Of a stretch of DNA of 64,000 nt, positions 60,187 through 64,000 are shown one piece after another. The DNA lies in assembly GCA_949285875.1 (NCBI GenBank), contig CASDZZ010000011.1:2289-66288 (forward strand), given 5' to 3'. The stretch comes from an uncultured bacterium (GTDB taxonomy: Bacteria > Bacillota_I > Bacilli_A > RF39 > UBA660). Position numbers and translations under genes: made by a program. The notes below the pieces were generated by a model. The model did not search any database. It was not told where the DNA came from and saw nothing but the letters and a program-made list of their open reading frames with translations. Each line of letters starts with the position of its first letter. Position 1 is the stretch's first letter.

Positions 60187-61245
60187 ATGAGAATAATCAA
60201 AATAGTGTTAACAGGTGGTCCTTGTGCCGGAAAAACAGCACTACTTAACGCTTTAAAAGAATATTTTAAAGAAAAAAAAATTAAGTTACTTATAGGTTCT
60301 GAAACAGCTACAGAATTAAAATTAAGTGGCATAAGCTTTGAAGAAGTAGGAGCTAATTTATTTCAAAAAATGATTTTAAAAGGGCAGTGTAATAAGGAAT
60401 TGTTACTCAATATGGCTGCATGTTCTTATAAGGATGAACCTTTAGTTATTATTTTATATGATAGGGGTATTCTTGACAACAAAGCTTACTTAAAAAGTCA
60501 AGAAGAGTTTGATAAGATGCTTAAAGAAGAAGCTTTAAGTGAATTAGATATTTTAGAAAATTATGATTTAGTTATAGATTTAATCAGTACTGCAGTATGT
60601 AATCCAAAAAAGTATCAAACTACTCCTGTTAGAAATGAAGACATTAATTCAGCTCGTTTATTAGATCAAAAAACTTCAGAAGCTTGGATCGGACATAGAA
60701 ATATGAAAGTTTTTAATAGTAATATAGACCTAGAACAAGAAACAAAGCTAGTTATAGCTTTCATAAAAAATTTTTTAAATAACAATGTGTCAAAAAAAAT
60801 AGAAAAATTCTATGTTAATAATGACCCTAATTGTTTTAAAAAATATAATGATAATAATTCTAAACTTATTAACGTAAAAGAAGTTTTTCTAGATAGTCTT
60901 AGTGGGAAAGATTGCTGCTTCTTATTAAAAGAAAAAGAATATAAAGGATTTAAATCTTACCTATTAATAGTAAAAAAATGTGAAGAAGAAAAAGAAAAAA
61001 TTATATATGAAAAACGTATAGATGAAAAAGCTTTTTTAAGTTTAAAAAAAAGATATCAACCTGTTTTTGAAGAAAAATATAAAGAATTAAGTTTTATTGA
61101 AGATAGGCAAATTTATAAGGTTAAATTTTATAAACAAAATGCAGTACTTGAGTTTGAAAGAAATGAACTTAATGAAAATTTGAGTATTCCTAATAACATA
61201 GAAATAATTGATAATCCTAAAATTAAAGTAAAAAATAAAAAATAA
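60187..61245 (+). CDS. P-loop NTPase (AAA_28/NadR-kinase-like) fused to a CYTH-like C-terminal domain
   Basis: LTGGPCAGKT Walker A, LYDRG. C-terminal IEKFYV...LEFE pattern is reminiscent of CYTH; weak assignment. Confidence 0.55.
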   Translation: MRIIKIVLTGGPCAGKTALLNALKEYFKEKKIKLLIGSETATELKLSGISFEEVGANLFQKMILKGQCNKELLLNMAACSYKDEPLVIILYDRGILDNKAYLKSQEEFDKMLKEEALSELDILENYDLVIDLISTAVCNPKKYQTTPVRNEDINSARLLDQKTSEAWIGHRNMKVFNSNIDLEQETKLVIAFIKNFLNNNVSKKIEKFYVNNDPNCFKKYNDNNSKLINVKEVFLDSLSGKDCCFLLKEKEYKGFKSYLLIVKKCEEEKEKIIYEKRIDEKAFLSLKKRYQPVFEEKYKELSFIEDRQIYKVKFYKQNAVLEFERNELNENLSIPNNIEIIDNPKIKVKNKK

Positions 61246-61290
61246 ACTTGTTAGAAACAAAGTTTGTTATATAATATTTTTGGAGGTATT

Positions 61291-62193
61291 ATGGGAATTT
61301 ATAATAGTAATTTTGATTTTAATAAATACCGCGCTTTTTATGCTGTTGCAGAAACAAAAAGTTTTTCTAAAGCAGCAAACCTACTTTTTGTTACACAACC
61401 TTCCATAAGTAGGTCAGTAAAAGAACTAGAAGAGCAGTTAAATACAAGATTATTTATAAGAGAAAATAAAAACGTAAAGTTAACAGAAAGTGGAGAAAAA
61501 CTATTAGAATATGTTCAAAAAGCTTTTAATAATATTTTGCTAGCTGAAAGGGTATTAAAAGAAAATGAAAAAAACTTATCAGGAGAAGTAAGAATAGGTA
61601 TATATTCTCATTTATCAAAAATTATTCTTCCAAGTATAATTCAAGGTTTTAGTTCAAAATATCCTGAAGTTAAGTTTGAAGTTTTATCAACAAGTACTTC
61701 TGAAGCTAAACAAAAGTTAAAAGATAAAGAACTTGACTTTATAATATTACAATACCCAATATTTACTAAAGATGATACATATAACGAAGAAATTATTTAT
61801 GAGATGGATAACTGCTTTTTTAGTTCTAAAAAATATTTTGATTTATATACGTCAAATGAAAAGAAAATTATTGAATATCCGTTAATATTACCTTTTAGAG
61901 GATATGAAGATATAAATAAATTAGAAGATATTTTTAAAAAAGAAAATATGTTTTTAAAACCAAATCTAAGAATATACAGTATTTCTTTAGCTAAAGAATT
62001 AGTAAAAAAAGATTTGGGAATTGCTTGGGGACCTAAAAAAATGATAGAAGAAGAATTAAAAAATAAAATTTTTTATGAAATTCCTATTAATATTACTAAC
62101 CCTAAAACGAAGTTTAGTATTGCATATGACGAAAGATATTTAAATAAAACAGCCATAGAATTTTTGAAATTTATAAAAGAGAATATCAAATAA
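61291..62193 (+). CDS. LysR-family transcriptional regulator
   Basis: FYAVAETKSFSKAANLLFVTQPSISRSVKELEEQL HTH. ATG 61291 lies behind GGAGG. Confidence 0.85.
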   Translation: MGIYNSNFDFNKYRAFYAVAETKSFSKAANLLFVTQPSISRSVKELEEQLNTRLFIRENKNVKLTESGEKLLEYVQKAFNNILLAERVLKENEKNLSGEVRIGIYSHLSKIILPSIIQGFSSKYPEVKFEVLSTSTSEAKQKLKDKELDFIILQYPIFTKDDTYNEEIIYEMDNCFFSSKKYFDLYTSNEKKIIEYPLILPFRGYEDINKLEDIFKKENMFLKPNLRIYSISLAKELVKKDLGIAWGPKKMIEEELKNKIFYEIPINITNPKTKFSIAYDERYLNKTAIEFLKFIKENIK

Positions 62194-62197
62194 AAAT

Positions 62198-62220
62198 AAG
62201 TGTGGCAAGAAATCACACTT
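62198..62220. terminator. hairpin between convergent genes
   Basis: aagtgtg-gcaagaaat-cacactt. Confidence 0.4.
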
Positions 62221-62230
62221 ATTAATTTAT

Positions 62231-62368
62231 CTAATTTTCTTTAGATTCATTTGGACATTTGTTTTCAGATTTTTCTTTAGCTACTTCTTCATAATATTGT
62301 TTTCCATTTTCTGAAGTTTTAATTTTCTTTTCTAAAGAATTATTTTTATTATTTTTTTTGTTTTTCAT
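62231..62368 (-). CDS. 45-aa highly charged small protein
   Basis: Below the ORF-track length cutoff. AAAGGATGA RBS lies 5 nt before the ATG. Sequence MKNKKNNKNNSLEKKIKTSENGKQYYEEVAKEKSENKCPNESKEN. Confidence 0.35.
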   Translation of the reverse strand: MKNKKNNKNNSLEKKIKTSENGKQYYEEVAKEKSENKCPNESKEN

Positions 62369-62496
62369 ATTATCATCCTTTCTTTTATATTTTTATCTAT
62401 TTTTAATAAATTATTCATTTTTTTATTTAATTTAAAATTTGAGTGGTTATAAGCTTGACCAATTTATTAATATAGTGTAAAATTATTTGTATCAGT

Positions 62497-62587
62497 GGAG
62501 TGATACTCAAGAGGCTGAAGAGGCGCCCCTGCTAAGGGTGTAGGCTGGGCAACTGGCGCGAGGGTTCAAATCCCTCTCACTCCGCCA
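62497..62587 (+). tRNA. tRNA-Ser (anticodon GCU)
   Basis: 91 nt with a long variable arm. Acceptor ggagtga/tcactcc, anticodon loop cuGCUaa, TPsiC agggttcaaatccct, encoded CCA. Confidence 0.85.
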
Positions 62588-62600
62588 TATATTAGATTTT

Positions 62601-62637
62601 AAAAGTTTTTTGCTGTTATGACAAAAAACTTTTTTTT
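62601..62637 (+). terminator. tRNA-Ser terminator
   Basis: aaaagttttttg-ctgttatga-caaaaaactttt followed by a T-run. Confidence 0.7.
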
Positions 62638-62713
62638 GTAAACAAGTCATAATAATTATTATAAAAATATAAATAGGTGTTATAATTATATTATAGGAAA
62701 GGAAGGTATTTAA

Positions 62714-63763
62714 ATGAATGAATTAAAAGTTTTTCAATATGGTTGTGGAAAAATGAGCGTGTATACAATGAAATACGTTCTTGATAATGGAGGTAAAATA
62801 GTTGGAGCTGTAGATATTAATCCTGATGTAGTAGGAAAAGATATTGGCGAAATAATTGGAATAGAAAAAACAGGGGTTATTGTAAAAAATGCTTCAGAAT
62901 CAAAAGAGCTTCTTATGAATTTAAAACCAGATATTGCTATAGTAACTACGATGAGTTTGATGAATGATGTTAAAGATGCTTTGTTAGTTTGTGCAGAGTG
63001 TGGTGTAAATGCAATTACTACTTGTGAAGAAGCTTTTTACCCAATGAATTCTAATCCAAATTTAACAAGAGAAATAGATTTGTTAGCTAAGAAAAATAAC
63101 TGTACTATTACAGGAAGTGGTTACCAAGATGCTTTCTGGGGAAATCTTATCACTACTTTAGTAGGTGCATCTCACAATATAAAGAAAATAAAAGGTAGTT
63201 CTTCTTATAATGTAGAAGATTATGGAATAGCTCTAGCTAAAGCTCATGGAGCAGGTCTTACTAAAGAGGAATTTCAAAATCAAATTGCATCAGCTGATGA
63301 AGTTTCTGAAGAAGAAAGAAATAAAGTTATTGAAAGTGGTGAATATCAGCCATCTTATATGTGGAATGTTAATGGTTGGTTATGTGATAAACTAGGACTT
63401 ACGGTTGTAAGTCAAACACAAAAGTGTGTACCACAGTTCAATGATTATGATATCGAATCTAGTACTTTGGGTATGACTGTTAAAGCTGGGATGGTAACTG
63501 GTATGAGTGCGGTTGTAACTACAAAGACCAAAGAAGGTATAACTTTAGAAACAGAGTGCATTGGGAAAGTTTATAATAAAGAGGAATTTGATAGAAATGA
63601 GTGGACTGTATACGCAGAACCTGATACTACACTTGTTATAGAAAAACCAGCAACCGTAGAGTTAACTTGTGCTACTATTGTAAATAGAATTCCAGATGTT
63701 ATTAAAGCTGAACCAGGTTTTGTTCCAACATCAAAAATGGGAGAACTTAAATATGTTAAATAA
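62714..63763 (+). CDS. NAD(P)-dependent dehydrogenase of the DapB-N-terminal-domain family (2,4-diaminopentanoate dehydrogenase-like)
   Basis: VFQYGCGKMS Rossmann N-terminus; 349 aa. The layout recalls Ord of ornithine fermentation (recall only). Confidence 0.5.
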   Translation: MNELKVFQYGCGKMSVYTMKYVLDNGGKIVGAVDINPDVVGKDIGEIIGIEKTGVIVKNASESKELLMNLKPDIAIVTTMSLMNDVKDALLVCAECGVNAITTCEEAFYPMNSNPNLTREIDLLAKKNNCTITGSGYQDAFWGNLITTLVGASHNIKKIKGSSSYNVEDYGIALAKAHGAGLTKEEFQNQIASADEVSEEERNKVIESGEYQPSYMWNVNGWLCDKLGLTVVSQTQKCVPQFNDYDIESSTLGMTVKAGMVTGMSAVVTTKTKEGITLETECIGKVYNKEEFDRNEWTVYAEPDTTLVIEKPATVELTCATIVNRIPDVIKAEPGFVPTSKMGELKYVK

Positions 63764-63850
63764 AGAATCGAAAGATTCTTTATTTTTTTGTAAAATATTC
63801 CTAATAAATGATATAATAAATATATATTATAGAATTTGCGAGGTGTTAAA

Positions 63851-64000
63851 ATGGTAAAAAAAATAATAGTAGGAATTTTAGCCTTTATAGTGGCTTTAGT
63901 AGTTGGTTTTGCAATATTTAGTGAGAACTTAAGAACATTAATAAAAAAAGAAATAGATAATAAAGTCAAGGTATCATTAACTTGTCAGCCAGGGTTATTT
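63851..64000 (+). CDS. membrane-anchored hypothetical protein, 3' end outside the window
   Basis: GAGGTG RBS and an MVKKIIVGILAFIVALVVGFAIF signal anchor. The frame is open to the window end. Confidence 0.45.
   Translation, partial: MVKKIIVGILAFIVALVVGFAIFSENLRTLIKKEIDNKVKVSLTCQPGLF

Noticed and set aside
63571-63969. 132-aa minus-strand ORF
   Set aside because: It is antisense to the well-supported dehydrogenase gene and to the next plus-strand gene, which has its own RBS. It has no RBS or motifs.

Overview
This is a very AT-rich chromosomal segment from a spore-forming Firmicute, most likely a Clostridia-type organism. No database search was run, so every functional call rests on motifs read from the translations. 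Most of the window is housekeeping: gltX, recG, glmS, leuS, ddl, a murF-like gene, prs, feoAB, a Ca-ATPase, a gerA-type germinant receptor operon and five tRNAs. Three cis-regulatory RNAs are recognisable: a yybP-ykoY-like Mn riboswitch, a glmS ribozyme and a Leu T-box.

Three mobile insertions stand out:
1. A 4.14-kb element ends in a large serine recombinase gene and splits a GH25 lysozyme gene from its two LysM repeats. A 9-bp core is shared at both junctions. Joining the flanks restores a 307-aa in-frame ORF, and the reconstructed attP is a near-perfect palindrome. This looks like a skin/SPbeta-type gene-intervening element and is my top candidate for something new.
2. A 6.8-kb element at the 3' end of tRNA-Gly carries a second large serine recombinase and a frameshifted MobV relaxase, an architecture like the mobilisable transposon Tn4451. 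It is bounded by a 10/11 repeat of the tRNA 3' end.
3. An IS30-family element sits in the terminator between two TasA/BsaA-like matrix protein genes and an unusual SipW-type signal peptidase that is fused to a large polytopic membrane domain.

Smaller oddities:
- Two promoter-to-terminator candidate sRNAs with C-rich single-stranded tracts.
- A leader peptide plus terminator upstream of prs.
- A YtqA-YtqB (radical SAM plus methyltransferase) fusion.
- A MurF-like ligase with a membrane N-terminus.
- A SodC-like protein that lacks its metal ligands.

No CRISPR array, rRNA or phage structural genes were seen. RNA and att coordinates are approximate.
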